64,000 bases of DNA from Eledone cirrhosa (GCA_964016885.1 OZ024740.1:359972001-360036000), one strand, 5' to 3'; shown: positions 45,443 to 59,466, counted from the stretch's first letter. The notes: generated by a model not told the origin, from the sequence alone. Numbers and translations are program-made.

Positions 45443-46289
45443 ACAGCAGCAGCAGCAGCACCTGCTTGCTTGCAAGAAATGAATGAAAAGCATTGAATTA
45501 ATTGTTTTCCCTTTCTGCCTTTGAGCAAAGGGGTGAAAGGTAAAAGATAGGTGACCATAAGAAAAAGCAAGGCTATTAGTTTCGTCTTTTTCCTATCGAT
45601 CAGGGGGTAAGAGAGAGGTAGTCAGAGATAGTCAAACATATGCGGAATATATTTTGCATGCCTACCGGCCGAAGTGAAGCGATGGTGTTTTTATTGCATA
45701 GTGCGGCTGAGATCAAAGACTTGCATTTTCAGACAGATTTAAAATAATTGCTGATTCTGGTTTATTTCGTATGATTATTCGGTAGTATAGAGTATACATC
45801 TGGAACGCTTGGTGACCCTATTGCCACATTTTTTACTGTTATAAGTCCCGGATTCAGTCATGTGACCACTACCCAACATTTTCTTCTTCACCTGTTCACA
45901 CTTGGAGCGAAAAGGAGTAGCTGGCAAAGTTTATTTTTGTGATTACAAAGGTATAGTTTTCACCTATTTATTCGTTCTAATGCTTTAAAATTTATTTTTT
46001 AATATTTCAAATTATCTTTTTTAAAGTTACGTAAAAAAAGTAAATTCGCATTTTTTTCTTTTTTTTATTAGAATAAAGCTTCGATTCATTTTTCCCGATT
46101 TCATTCACCCACATAATGGCAAAAGAGTCAATTAGCTCAGTTTCCTCTCTACTTTCCCGATCTTTTGCAACAAAAATCTTCGAGGAGAAGAAGAATATTA
46201 TCATTCTCAGAAGAGAGAAACCAAAGTTTGAACTGAAAATTCAAACCAAAGTAAGCAGCAAGCAATGTTATCGTTATTTTGATTCCAAG

Positions 46290-49200
46290 TGTAGTAGAAC
46301 TACGTCGTACCTCGCAATAGCAACATTTTCATATGCAATAAGGTTAAACAGACCAATGGTAAATTGCGTATGAATACATTGTCACTTTCTCGAAATAACC
46401 AGAGTACACGAGGAGATGAGGATATGAAGCGGACTACGGAAGTGTGAAGACTTATTACAAGATGACTCCTACTACATTTCTTTCTATAAAATGGTGATCC
46501 GACTTAAAAGAATACATCCTTCTCACAAAAAAATGTCGACCCCACAATAACGAACAATTTTTTCTTTCTTCACACATAGCATTCTTATCAAACATGGCGT
46601 CTCACCTTCTTCCTCACTGGTTGTCACCTTCTCGACCACAGACACAGCCAGACAGCCAGCCATGCCTGCCTGACAGATTGACCACTACTACTACGACAAT
46701 AATGTATTCTAAGAATAGGCACACACACATAGTAAGTTCATATTGTTTACATTCTACGCTCACCCTATTCTTCCTGTCATATTGTATCCGTAAGATATAA
46801 CACAACTTTTACTATATCGTTTTCTGTAATACATGCATTTACGCTAGCTCGTAGCAGCTAGTAATCAATGTAGGGATAATTCATGTCATAGATATTATTA
46901 CTCGATGGTCAAAGTGAATATTGTTATTATAAAATAAACGTTGTTAACAACTCAATCATGACATTATTCTTTTCATCAAACTACCATACAAAGAATACGT
47001 GAACGACGTACATCTAGGCGACTGCAGACCTACTCAGCTCTTACGGAGGATGAGAGAGCTTGCGGAAGACGCACCAGCTAACAGCGCCATAATCAAACAA
47101 CTTTTTTTCTCTAGGCTGCCTCCTAATGTTCAAGCCATTTTGGCAGCAATGACAGAAACTAGTTCAGTGGATCAGTTGGCTTCATCCGCTGATAAAATCT
47201 TGGAGTACTCCGGCAATTCTACCACTGCTACCCCCATCACGTCTTGCAACAAATTCTTCACCTTCGCCTGTCGCATCGGTTTCAGCAAGCGCCACCTCTA
47301 CCAACGAAGCAACACTCAAGGCCATCCGTGACCTAGCGAAGGAGGTACAACTTCTTCGTTTATCCAGATCACGATCTCCCCGAGAACGGTTGCGAAATCG
47401 CTCGCAATCTTCACATCGTCGTTTCCAACCTTCAACATCACGATCGTGCTGGTACCATAGCCGTTTCGGAGCCTCTGCTCATAAATGCATCCAGCCTTGT
47501 TCTTTTTCAAACCAAGGAAACGAAATAACGGAGAATTAAGCACGACGTCTTCTCCGCAATCCTGTACTGAAAGTCGTGCATTTTTCATCACAGATTCCTT
47601 CTCGCAGGCACGCTGCCTCATTGACAAGAGTGCGTCTTGCAGCACTTGTCCTTTAAAACTCCTGAGATATCACAGATATCACTACAAGCTATAAACCATT
47701 CTGCTATCCCTACGTATGGACAAATCTCTCGCTCTTTGGACCTGGATTTTCACCATAGCTGATTTGCCATATCCTATTCTGGGTGCCAATTTTTTGCATC
47801 ATTACAATCTTATGGTTGATATGCGGACACTTCGTTTATTGGACACAGCTACGAATCTTTCTGCACCTGGACGTACTTCAGTAATCCAGTCTATCAGTCC
47901 AGTCTTCTACATCGCTGCTTCGGATGACCCGTATCATGCGCTTTTGCATTCCTTTCCGGAATTAACTAATCTGAACTTTGCGGTAGATACCCCTACTCAC
48001 TCTACCACGCATTTTATTGAGACTAAGGGTGCTCCAGTTTTTTCACGCCCGCGTCGCCTTTCTCCGGAAAAATTGAAAGCGGCTAAGGCAGAGTTTAATC
48101 ATATACTGCAGTTGGGTATCGTTCGCCATTCTTCTAGTCTGTGGGCCTCGCCTTTGCACATGGTACCGAAACGTTCGGGAGACTGGCGTCCCACTGGATA
48201 TTTTCGGCGATTAAATTCGATCACCGTGCCGGACCGTTACCCAATTCCTCACATCCAGGATTTCGCTTCTTCGCTTCACGGATGTACTATCTTTTCGAAA
48301 TTGGACTTCATCAAAGCTTATCATCAAATTCCTATGAATCCTGCGGACATTCCTAAAACTGCTGTCACTACACCTTTCGGTGCATTCGAGTTTTTAACAA
48401 TGCCTTTTGGATTACGCAATGCTGCTAGTACCTTCCAGCGATTTATGGACTAAGTCGTCCGTGACCTAGATTTTGTATATTGTTACATCGATGATATTCT
48501 CATCGCGAGTGCTTCACCAGAGGATCATGTCTCGCACCTCCGCCAACTGTTTGAATGATTTAGGCAGTACCAAGTTCGTATTAACCCTGCGAAGTGTATT
48601 TTCGGCGCTGCTTCACTCGTCTTTTTAGGCCACGTGATTAACTCTGAAGGAATATTCCCACTTCCTGAGAAAGTGAAGGCTCTTCAGGAACTCCCTCCGC
48701 CTACTTCCTTGCGACAGCTGCGGCAGTTCCTGGGCCTCCTAAATTATTATCGTCGGTTTATCCCGCATTGCGCAGAACTCTTAGCTCCACTATCTGATCT
48801 CCTGCGTAACAGAAAGAAGATGAACGAACCAATCACTTTAGAATCTATGCAACTCGAAGCCTTCTCCAAAGCTAAACAGAATTTAGCAAACGCATCTCTG
48901 TTGCACACCCTGTGTCTGGTGCCCAGTTTTCGCTGGTTGTGGATGCATCAAGCAGAGCGGTAGGTGCAGTATTGCAACAGCATCACCAACAACAGTTTCA
49001 ACCTCTTGCTTTCTTTTCAAGCAGCTAAAGCCCGCCGAATCCCGCTATAGCTCCTTCGGTCGCGAACTGTTAGCCCTCTTCCTTGCTGTCAAACACTTTC
49101 GGCATTCACTGGAAGGCCGACAATTTACGATCTATACTGACCATCGTCCACTTACGTCGGCATTTAGTTCCAATCCGGACAAATACTCACCTCGAGAAAC

Positions 49201-51008
49201 TCGTCATTTGGACTTCATATTCCAGTTTACGAATGACATTCGTCATATACCTGGTGAACAAAATACAGCAGCGGATGCCTTATCTCGCCTACCCATCAAT
49301 TTCTTGTCAGCACCTGCGAATACTGACTTGCATCTTATGACTGCAGAACAGCCCACCATAGAGTCGTTGAATCTCTCTTCACCTGAATTAGCAACCTGTA
49401 AATTCAAATACCTGCCTGTATCCACTTCGGACTCTCAGATTCTGTGTGATCCTGCGACAGATTCACCTCGCCCTCTGGCCCCAGAGACTCATCGTCGAAT
49501 AGTTTTCGACTCTCTACACAATTAGGCACACCCTGGAATTTCTGCCACAGTAAACTCATTTCAGCTAGATTCTTCTGGCCGAATATGAGACGTGATATCA
49601 CTGCTTGCTCACCTTCCTATTTGTCTTGTCAGAAGTCGAAGGTGCATAAACATATTCGCGCACCTCTCGGCACATTTAGCACACCTGATGCACGTTTTTG
49701 CCACATACATATCGATATCGTGGGACCTTGGCCTGCCAGTCGTGGATATTCATACATCCTGACCTGCATTGACCGTTTCACCCGATGTCCTGAAGCCATC
49801 CCTCTGAGTGACATAACTGCTGAATCAGTAGCGCGAGCCCTGGTTTCAGGATGGATATCGCGCTGCAGAGTTCCTACTACTATTACGACAGACCGTGGTA
49901 GGCAGTTCGAATCTCACCTTTTCTCGGATCTATCAAATATCATCGGCACTCAGCGCATCAGGACTACCAGTTACCACCCTGCATCTAATGGAATGATAGA
50001 GAGTTTTCATCGCTAGTTAAAGGCCGCATTGCGTGCCTATCCGGATACTCTACATTGGAGCGACTACCTTCCCATAGTACTACTCGGTAACCGCACTTCA
50101 GTTAAAGAGGACCTCGGATTCTCTCCAGCCGAGCTTTTGTACGGCACTACTTTATCTTTACCAGGACAGATGCTTGCCCCAGTCGACCTTTCTACTCAGG
50201 ACCCTGCACTCTATGTGAACCGTTTCCGTTTGTATTTTCAAGTCCTGCCTCCTATGAAAACTAAGCAACAAGCGATTAAATCTTCGGTTCTGATGGACAT
50301 TGCCTCGTGGACCCATATTTTTGTCAGAAATGACGTAGTGAGAAGTCCTCTCACTCCACCTTATTCTGGACTCTATCGCGTACTTGCACGTACAAACAAA
50401 CATTTCACCATTGACTTTAATTGACATAAAGACAGTCTCTATTGCCTCATACCCCTCTCCCCCCACACACACCTACAATGTATCAATACAAGAACCACCG
50501 CAAGCACCACAATCACATACAAACACTCCTTTACCTTCAACATACGTCACAACAACTCGTAGTGGTCGTCATGTTCATTGGCCCAAGAAACTTTGTAAAT
50601 CAATTTACGTATGAATTATCCTTTTTTTTTTCTCTTTTTTCTTCATTTTTGTATTTGCTTTGCATGACTTATGTTACCTTTGCAGACATTTTCTCCTCAT
50701 TTGTATCGACTGCTTTCCAGTCTAAGCAGAGGGTGATGTAGTGGGACTACGTTGTACCTCGCAATAGCAACATTTTCATATGCAATAAAGTTAAACAGAC
50801 CAATGATAAATTGCGTATGAAAACATTGTCACTCTCTCGAAAAAAAAACAGAGTATACGTGGAGGTGAAGCGGACTACGGAAGTGTGAAGACTTATTACA
50901 AGATGACTCCGACTACATTCCTTTCGACAATAAAAAATATATTTATAGAGGATTGAACGTTAAAGAGATATTTATTTATATCCTGGAAGTCAGAAGCTTG
51001 TCACTACA
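46290..51008 (+). mobile_element. Decayed Ty3/Gypsy LTR retrotransposon
   Basis: Partial 5' LTR 46290-46483; complete 3' LTR 50737-51008 (TGTAGTG...CACTACA) after a purine-rich PPT; gag-PR-RT ([14 protein letters not shown] near 48484)-RNase H-integrase (HIDIVGP, TTDRGRQFES) order; many stops and frameshifts. Confidence 0.92.
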
Positions 51009-51129
51009 CATAAGAAATAAGAAGCAACAAACTCAACGACTAAGGTATTTCTCTTATCGTTTGTAAAAAAACAAGATCCTTGGAAGATTTCAACTTGTAG
51101 TTATAAAAATATATAGGTAATATATAACT

Positions 51130-51790
51130 CCTCATCCTTCCTATACAAGTATTGGAACATATGACTGGATGTCCCATTCTGAAAAAATTGTTCTGTTTCC
51201 CATGTCTGTTATTTTGTCAAAATAAGAATACATGGACACTACCGACTACTGCAATTTGAACAATTTGATTACAGCTTTAACAAGACACAAAAAATCTCGG
51301 AACCATTTGAATTCTGTAATTGCTCTGAAAATGTTTGGCCGACAACGAATTGATACAGCGATCGATCACTGGAAAGCAGCTTCGATTCAGTTGCATAATA
51401 TATCAGTCGAGAAAATCGTAAAATATTGAAAAGGTTAATTGAAATTTTAGCCTGTCAATAATTATCATTTCAAGGACAGGATGAAATGGAAGAAAAAAAA
51501 AGGGGGGTAATTTTCTGGTTATATGTAAAGCAATGGCGGAATACGATGATTGTTTAGGATCGTATTTAGATTTTGTGAAGAAAAATGCTAACTGCACATT
51601 TTCCGAACTTTCAAAACGAGATCGTTAATTGTATAGCTGCTACAATTGAATGTGAAATTAAGGTTATGATCTAAAAAAAATCATTTGTTGCTGTTATGTT
51701 TGATGAGACTACGGATCTTCGAATGAAATCTTAATTGACCCGTGTTTTGTGATTTGTTGATGAGAAGGAAAAGCCTCAAGAAAGGTTTTG
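51130..51790 (+). mobile_element. hAT transposase relic (ZMYM/DUF4371-like region)
   Basis: LFPCLLFC, HKKSRNHLNS...MFGRQRID, GNFL and AVMFDETTD...PQERFCG fragments. Confidence 0.65.
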
Positions 51791-51856
51791 TGGATCCCGC
51801 TTGGGGATCCAGCCGGAAGGAGTGCTTGAGGACTCTTCCCCTACAACCCTCCCAGC

Positions 51857-51914
<58 letters not shown>

Positions 51915-51916
51915 GT

Positions 51917-52280
51917 GATGAAGAGGGGTAAATTGAGCAGAAGCAACGGAATCCAGGTATCAACAGGTGAGATGATAAAGGAAATTGACACTGAAGAGGG
52001 ATACAAATATTTAGGTGTTCTGGAGGCAGATGACATCAAGAACAAAAAAAATGAAGGAATTGATAAGATCTGAGTACATAAGGAGAGTAAGGAGCATATT
52101 AAAATCACATCTAAATAGTAGGAATGTCAAAAGTGCAGTGAATTCCCGAGCTGTGTCTATTATTAGGTACAGTGCGGGAATTCTGAAATGGAATGTTGCT
52201 GAACAAAAAGAAATGGATAGGAAGACTAGGAAGCTATTGACTATCTACATGTTCCACAAGAGGAGTGATGTCGATTATTA
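51917..52280 (+). mobile_element. R4/Dong-like non-LTR RT fragment next to (TAA)n
   Basis: YKYLGVLEADDIK...EYIRRVRSILKSHLNSRN...AVSIIRYSAGILKW...MDRKTRKLLT. Confidence 0.7.
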
Positions 52281-53337
52281 TAGTCCTCCAAGCCATAACA
52301 GAGGAGTTTAAGACTGGCTGTCCACGGGAACTTCTCTATGCTGATGATCTGGTTCTTATAGCAGAATCAGTAGAGTAGCTAGAGAATAAATTCTGGCTAT
52401 GGAAACAGCAGTTGGAAGCAAGAGGACTGAGAGTGAACCTAGCTAAGACAAAAGTGTTGATGAGTAGAAAAGAGGACAAAACTCTGATTCTGTCAGGGAA
52501 ATGGCCATGTTCGATATGCAGAAAAGGAACTGGCATAAATTCTATAAAATGCATACAATGCAGATCCTGGGTACACAAGAGATGTAGTGGGATAGCAGGC
52601 AAACTAACAGGTAGGGAGAAATGCGTATGCAGTAGATGTACAGGGAAATTAGACAGTAGAAGTCGCATTGATAGACACATTTTTCAAATGCAGGCGGGTG
52701 CTATAGAAGTGGTGGATAGCTGCCGGTACCTAGGAGATCAGATTAGCATGGGGGGGGGGGGGGTCCAAGGCCATAGTATCTAGAATAAGGATGGGTTGGT
52801 AGAACTTTAGGGGGCTGCTTCTTCTGCTGACGAAGAAGGGTTTCTCCCTGCGTACGAAAGGCCGGTTAGATGATGCCTGTGCGAGGAGCGTGATGCTGCA
52901 TGGTAGTGAGACATGGGCAGCAACTGCAGAGGATATGCGACGGCTAGAGAGAAATGAGGCAAGCATGCTCCATTGGATGTGCAGTGTAAATGTGCGTGAA
53001 CGACCCAGCATGAATGTGTTGAGAGAGAAACTGTGTCTGAGAGGGATAGAATGTAGTGTGCGAGAGAGGAGACTGAGGTGGTATGGACATGTGATGCGCA
53101 TGGAGGATGACCGATGGGTGAAGAAGTGCCAGGAAATGCCAGTTGAAGGAAGACGTGGCAGAGGTAGACCACGGAAAACATGGGCGGAGGTGGTGAGAAC
53201 AGACCTCAGATCACTGAAGCTCACGGTGGAGATGACGAAGGACCGTGACAAGTGGAGATGCTGTGCTAAATAAGACCCGTCCCACCCTTGCAAGCAGGGA
53301 AAAGCGGACGTAAAATGATGATGATGATGATGATGAT
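52281..53337 (+). mobile_element. RTE-type LINE 3' fragment with Cys-rich (PHD-like) insert and (GAT)n tail
   Basis: ELLYADDLVL, KWPCSICRKG...CRSWVHKRCSG...CSRC, MLHGSETW, RLRWYGHVMR and GRGRPRKTW motifs. Confidence 0.8.
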
Positions 53338-53341
53338 ATAG

Positions 53342-53414
<73 letters not shown>

Positions 53415-53533
53415 CACACGTATATATATGGGCCTTCCACTTTCATTTCACATTATATACATGTCTGTGTATATTTTAATTATTTTAAAATTATTTTGAA
53501 GTGAACGTGACCCAATGGGTCACAGGTGGTCTA

Positions 53534-53534
<1 letters not shown>
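53338..53534 (+). mobile_element. Helitron family A 3' fragment
   Basis: gtgacccaatgggtcac hairpin plus CTAG (53531-53534) followed by T. Confidence 0.75.
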
Positions 53535-53592
<58 letters not shown>

Positions 53593-54095
53593 GGTATTAA
53601 ACCAGGTTTTTAGTTTAACAATTCTTTTTTCTCAAAATCTTTTGCTGAAAAAAATATCCGCAACAAACATACCTTAACAGCTTGTTTGCTTCAAAATAAT
53701 TTTAAAGTTATCCTTCCTTCTCATACAACTTGAAGCCATATAAAGCTGGTCGTGACTAAATCGGGAGCTGGAAAGTAAATACCAACTTTTTCGAAGCTCT
53801 GTCCTTGAGATTTGTTTATGGTCATGGCAAAAGCTGATATTACAGGGAACTACCATCTGCTCATATTGAAGGGAAGATCTGTTTCACTCAAACGCTGGTC
53901 AACTCTTGGTATGAAAATACACATACACCCACATAAGTATAGATATATTCACACAAACACACATACTCACACAAGTGAAACAAATCTTAGAATGCTGGAC
54001 CTCTATAGTTTCTCATCACCCCTTCTTTCCTCAGTCATCACAAAGATGTGTGTATGTAATTATTTTGTCTAATGTATCTGCTTATGTATGTGTAG

Positions 54096-54181
<86 letters not shown>

Positions 54182-54699
54182 TTGTAATTCTATTGTCTAT
54201 GCATCTCTCCCTTTCAAAACGTGACGGACAAATATGTAAATAAACACACATTGGCTTGTGAACGGCAAAGTACAAATATACTGCATGAGAAATTAGGCAT
54301 AAGAGGGATCAGTTGTTGCATGCAGGAGAAGAGATTGAGTTGATATGAACATGTGATGTGTATGAAGGATGACAGGTGCAGAGCGTTCAAAGTCAATGGT
54401 ATCCATGGTGTGGGCAGGCCTAGGAAAACTTGGGAGGAGGTAATAAAAACTGACCTTGCACGATTACACCTCTCAAAGGCAATGACACAGGGCGCGACCT
54501 TTGGCGCTATGCAGTTTTACAGAAGACCCGTCCTCTATTATTCTCAAATTGAGGCTTATACCTAGTAGGCAACCCCTTCCTCAACCTTCTATCTCCTCTC
54601 ATTCACTTCCCTTAGTGGTAACAATACCTCCCCTACTACCCTGTCCACATTTCCCCCAAGCTTCCTCCGCCCTCCCTAGTCCCAAGATAAAAGTATCCA

Positions 54700-55440
54700 G
54701 GCCCCACTGTAAAGTGGTCGTGTCGGTGACATGACAAAGATGCCCAGTTCACACTGTAAAGTGGTCGTGTAAGTGTCACGACAAAAAGCAAAAAGTGCCC
54801 AGTCCACACTGTAATGTGGTTGTGTAGGTGACACGACAAAAAGCACCCAGCACACACTGTAAATGCGGTTGGCAATAGGAAGGGCACCCAGCTGTAGAAA
54901 CCAAGCCAAAATCTGCCCCAGGTGAGCTTAACAAGGGTCAATCCATCCTACCCATGAATGATGGACGCTAGTTGACAAGGTTGATGATATATGTATGTGT
55001 GTATATATATATGAAGTGTGAATGTATATGTATGATATGTGTATGTATATTAAATATATGGTATATGTATATTACACGCAAATATATATATATGTGTATA
55101 TCATTATCATATTCAAATCCCGCCGAGGTTAACTTTGCCTTTCATCCTTACGGGGGTCGATAAAATAAAGTACCAGTAATACACTGGATAATTGCTGGCC
55201 TTGTGCCAAAAGTAGAAACAATTATCATATGTGCATGTGTATATATATATATGTGTGTGTGTGTGAATTATGCTGATACCACAAAACATCCAGCCCACAC
55301 TGTAAAGTGGACGTGTAAAAGACACAAAAAGCACCCAGCACATACTGTCAATGTGATTGGCGTTAGGAAGGGCATCCAGCCGTAGAAAACCAGCCAGAAA
55401 CACTCCTATATGAGCGAGACACGGTCACCCGACCCAACTT
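54700..55440 (+). mobile_element. Two copies of a repeat with the ttggcgttaggaagggcatccagc motif, separated by a SINE fragment (55112-55224)
   Basis: Shared cacactgtaaagtgg...aaaaagcacccagcac...ggaagggca(c/t)ccagc blocks. Confidence 0.55.
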
Positions 55441-55689
55441 GTCTCTAAATGGGACAAACAAGTCGTTAATAGATAATGATGATGATGATGATAGATGATT
55501 ATTTTTTTCAGCTTGTAAGGGAAACAACTCAAACCATACTATGGCCTCTACAAATCACAATTTTTACAGTGCTTGCCGAAGTAGTGATGAGAAAAATCAT
55601 TAAGTAAATGCACAAGCTTGTTTATTTGTATACATCTCCATCGTTTCCAACGACGAGTGTTCGGTTATGAAATTAATGTATAACGTAGA

Positions 55690-56180
55690 CTCTTTCGGTT
55701 TCCACCCGCTTTCCTGTCGCTACAGTGACGACCGCCTTCCACTTCATGCTGCTCTCAACGAGGTCATAAAGCAGGGCTTGGATGCTGCAGGCTTCCCCTC
55801 CCACCTCGAGCCGGTGAGGCTGAACCAAGGGGACGGCAAAAAGGCCAGACGGCATGACCATCTTCCCGTTCTGCGGTGATAAACCCCTCGTCTTGGATGC
55901 CACATGCAGCGACACATTCTCCAGCGGCAACCTGGTGCAATCTGCAACTAACCTAGGCTCTGCTGCGCTTCGGGCTGAGAAGGGTAAGCTCTCCAAGTAT
56001 CAATCGCTCTCCGACAGATTTGCAGTCGAGCCCCGAGCAGTGGAGACTTCTGGTCTCCTTGGCTCTAGAGCTACCTCCCTACTCACCACCATGTGAGCCT
56101 CGCGAGATGGAACGTCTCTTCCAACGCATCTCCTTTACCATTCTCCACGGAAACACCTTCTCTACTGTCCACTAGGCTGT
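55690..56180 (+). mobile_element. CRE-like REL endonuclease relic
   Basis: HAALNEVIKQGLDAAGFPSHLEP, GDGKxPDG, LVLDATCSDT and AVETSGLLG fragments. Confidence 0.7.
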
Positions 56181-56789
56181 GGGGCGGCCAGTGTGTAGGA
56201 TCCCATTTGCTCATAATAGTGGGGGGGGGGGAGAGAGAAGGCGGCGATGAGATGACAGTGGTAGTTCGGCTCCTCTGTATTCGGACCTGGTGTACGTGTG
56301 TGTGTGTTTACTTCTATTCATTTGATATGACTACAATTATATACAGGTAAGGACTAAGCTAAAATCTTATGTACAGACACATATAAATGGCTAAACATTC
56401 CACGGACATGAGTAAGTTCAATGCAGTTCTCAGGAAGATTCAGCGTGATACAGTGCGTTACAAGGCTGATCCTTTGAATTACAGATACAACTCATTTTTA
56501 CTAACTAAAATTACTGAAGCATTATGAAATTAAGTGTGTTGCCCATGATGGATTCAACGAGCCACCGGGATTCCCATTCATCTCCTCTTTCCACTTCTCC
56601 CAACCCTTTCCCTCCCAATTCATCTTCTTGCTCTCCATCTTTTTCTCTATTGTCTTACCTTTCTTCCTATTCCTCCCTCTCATCATCGATCCTTAAAAAA
56701 ACTATAAATAATGAATCTGACCAATTTTATCTAACATTCCCAATGATTTCATATGATTGAATATAGGAGTAGATGAGTGGCTTTTGAAA

Positions 56790-57430
56790 GTAGTACAAGC
56801 CATGTACAGTGGTGAAGTCAGCAAGATTAGAACGAAGAACCAGTGAGGAATTTAGCATTGCAAGGGAATTTAAAACTGGTTGTCTATGGGAACTCCTATA
56901 TGTTGATGACCTAGTCTTCACAGCTGAATCTACAGTAGAATTAGAGAAGAAATTCCAGACCTGGAAGCAAAATTTGGAATCAAAAGGCTTTAAAGTCAAC
57001 TTGCCAAAGACTGAAGTCCTATTAAGTAGAAATGAAAACAGGGTTTTGATTCCATCAGGGAAATGGTCTTGCTCAGTATGCAAAAAAAGAAGTAGGTAGA
57101 AATTCCATTTTATGTAACAAATGTAAAATTTGGATACACAACAGATGTAGCGGGGTCTCAGGCAGGCTAGCAAAGAATGTAAGCTTTGTATGTAGCTGAT
57201 GCACAAGAACAGTAAACAGCAAGAGCTCACATAAAACAAGTTCTATCAAATGTTCAGAAAGATCTCTAGAGGTAGTTAATAGCTTCTGTGACCTGGGTGA
57301 TACAATTTGCAGTAGATGTGGGTGTTCTGAAAGTACAGCAGTCAGAGTGAGAACTCTGTAGTTGACGTGGTCACCTGTCAGGTCTAGTCTCAGAACAGGC
57401 ATGAAAATAGACGTTTAACAATGATGATGA
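56790..57430 (+). mobile_element. Second decayed copy of the Cys-insert RTE family
   Basis: EFKTGCLWELLYVDDLVF...SGKWSCSVC, homologous to 52281-52760. Confidence 0.75.
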
Positions 57431-57517
57431 TGTACCCACCTTCACTTTCCAGTTTGCCACATCCTTAAACTGATAAACCTTTCTTGTCCAACCCATATAT
57501 GCATGGTATGCCGGACA

Positions 57518-57658
57518 GGCGTTCCTTACTTTTAGCGGTCGCAATAATGAAAGTAAATTTATTTTCGAACGTCGTGTTTACATTTTGTGTGTGTGTTTAG
57601 ATCTAAATTAGTTACTGAGATTAAAGACAAAATGAGAGCCTCTGTCGTTTTAACTGAT

Positions 57659-57729
<71 letters not shown>

Positions 57730-58162
57730 TTGACGGTTGAGAGAAGAGTACTCAATACCGAAGTAATCTTGTAATGGGGCTTGCAGAATGGTGAGTCCGC
57801 CATTCTGGACGCTGCTGCCTTGTAGAAGTCCCAAATCGAAGCCGTGACACTCTCGTCCCCATCATTCAGCAGGGATTTTGCCAGGCAGCCGCATCATCTC
57901 CGATGGTTGGGCTTCCTATTCGGAAATTGAGGAAATTGAAGGTGGGATTTACGTTCATGATGTTGTGGTGCACGAACGGAACTTTGTAGATCCTGCGGAC
58001 CCTGATGTGCACACACAGCTCATAGAGAACACATGGAGCCGTGCAAAGAAGCTTCGTCGCCAGCATGTTTCGTTTAAACACACACACAAAATGTAAACAC
58101 GACGTTCGAAAATGAAAATAAATTTACTTTAATTATTGCGACCGCTAAAAGTAAGAAACGCC
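57518..58162 (+). mobile_element. Merlin/IS1595-like deletion derivative with TIRs of about 80 bp
   Basis: TIRs GGCGTTCCTTACTTTTAGCGGTCGC / GCGACCGCTAAAAGTAAGAAACGCC; internal PGSRIISDGWASY...VVHERNFVDP...HTQLIENTW (ISXO2-type DDE C-terminus); no TSD seen. Confidence 0.8.
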
Positions 58163-58179
58163 AAAAATATACAAAAATC

Positions 58180-58357
58180 GGCACTACAACGCTATTAGCT
58201 GTCAGTCGAAAGCAGCCGATGAAAGCAAAACATCGTTTATTTCCGTATTACTACCACGCATAAATGGAGTTTTTTTGTTTTTTTTATTAAAGCATATAGA
58301 TGTAAGTGGAGTTACTTAAATGAAAATATAGGTGACAGCTAATAGTGTTGTAGTGCC
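58180..58357. mobile_element. Small MITE with 25-bp TIRs
   Basis: GGCACTACAACGCTATTAGCTGTCA / TGACAGCTAATAGTGTTGTAGTGCC. Confidence 0.7.
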
Positions 58358-58839
58358 AAATAGGCATTTAAATATGAATTTATATAATGTTCACAAATCC
58401 TTGTAACATTAATTGATTTTTATATAAAATAAATATTTTTAGTCTAATGCAAACAAATTAAACTCTTTTACATAGTAATAATATATTTGAAATATAAATT
58501 AAGTAATCTGAAAAGCTTTTCTTTCAATCGTAAAATGAAATGTCAAGTGAAATATTTACTCCAACATAGACATACACACGTTTTACAGCGTCTTACAGCG
58601 TTTTTACACGTCTTTACACGTTTTACAGCGGTCAACACGGAAAGTGTAGAAACAATTATAAACATTGGTTTTCAACTTTAACAAAGCTATATGGAAATGC
58701 ATAATTGGATTTGAAGAAATAAAATAAATCGTAATTTGACATGATTTGGATTCAGAATGAAAAAGAGGATAACCAAAGGTTTCTTTTCTAACTTTTCTGG
58801 TAGGCCGTCGTATAATTTTATCCTTATAATCATCTTAAT

Positions 58840-59466
58840 TTAAGAGCATATTCCTCTGATAGTCTTCTTTATAACACCAGTACGCTCTTCCTCAAAAGTT
58901 AAGTCATTCAGCTTTTTAGATTGTTTGATATTAAACAAAGGACTTCTATTCGAGAAACTTTGGGACCTCAAATTGCGACTGGGTGCATTTGCATAACTTT
59001 TATATCTACATTGCGCGCTTGCAAGAAGACATTCAAAACCAATAGTTTGTAATGTTTTCTTGCTGGGAATATTAACTAGCTCCAAAATATCATTTGCTCC
59101 AACCGGCGATTTCTTTGAAGGAACATATCCAATTAGATAAAAAATTTCACGATTGCATGGCATCAAGTTATTTACCATAGTACTGTAGAATCCACAGTAA
59201 GTTTTTAATGTTCGAAATTCGTACTTCCAAGGGAAAAGATAAAGAAGTCGTGTATACATTTCCAAATGCTCAAAAGCTATAGCAGCCTTTTCAAGCTCTA
59301 TTCTCTCGAAACGTGAAAGTAGTGCATAGAAAATATCGTTACTAAATTTTTCACTACCTTCTAGATCCTCGATGTATCGAAAGATTATCTTCTTCAATAT
59401 TGTCAATTCATCATGTGGTATATCTGCTTTAGTAATCAATTTTTTGTACTCATCAAAGATATCCAT
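58840..59466 (-). CDS. SPATA2/Tamozhennic-like PUB-domain protein (single exon or short paralog, 208 aa)
   Basis: AFEHLEMYTRLLYLFPWKYEFRTLKTYCGFY...IGY...FECLLA resembles the SPATA2-family PUB signature (PWRKEFxxIKxYxGxY); open ORF; ttttcag acceptor-like site about 37 nt upstream of the ATG. Confidence 0.75.
   Translation of the reverse strand: MDIFDEYKKLITKADIPHDELTILKKIIFRYIEDLEGSEKFSNDIFYALLSRFERIELEKAAIAFEHLEMYTRLLYLFPWKYEFRTLKTYCGFYSTMVNNLMPCNREIFYLIGYVPSKKSPVGANDILELVNIPSKKTLQTIGFECLLASAQCRYKSYANAPSRNLRSQSFSNRSPLFNIKQSKKLNDLTFEEERTGVIKKTIRGICS

Noticed and set aside
52338-52350. CTGATGA motif
   Set aside because: Part of the RT YADD codons; no hammerhead stems
57866-58096. Bacterial IS1595 horizontal transfer or contamination
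   Set aside because: Eukaryotic Merlin elements carry the same domain, and this copy contains host-type microsatellite within its TIRs
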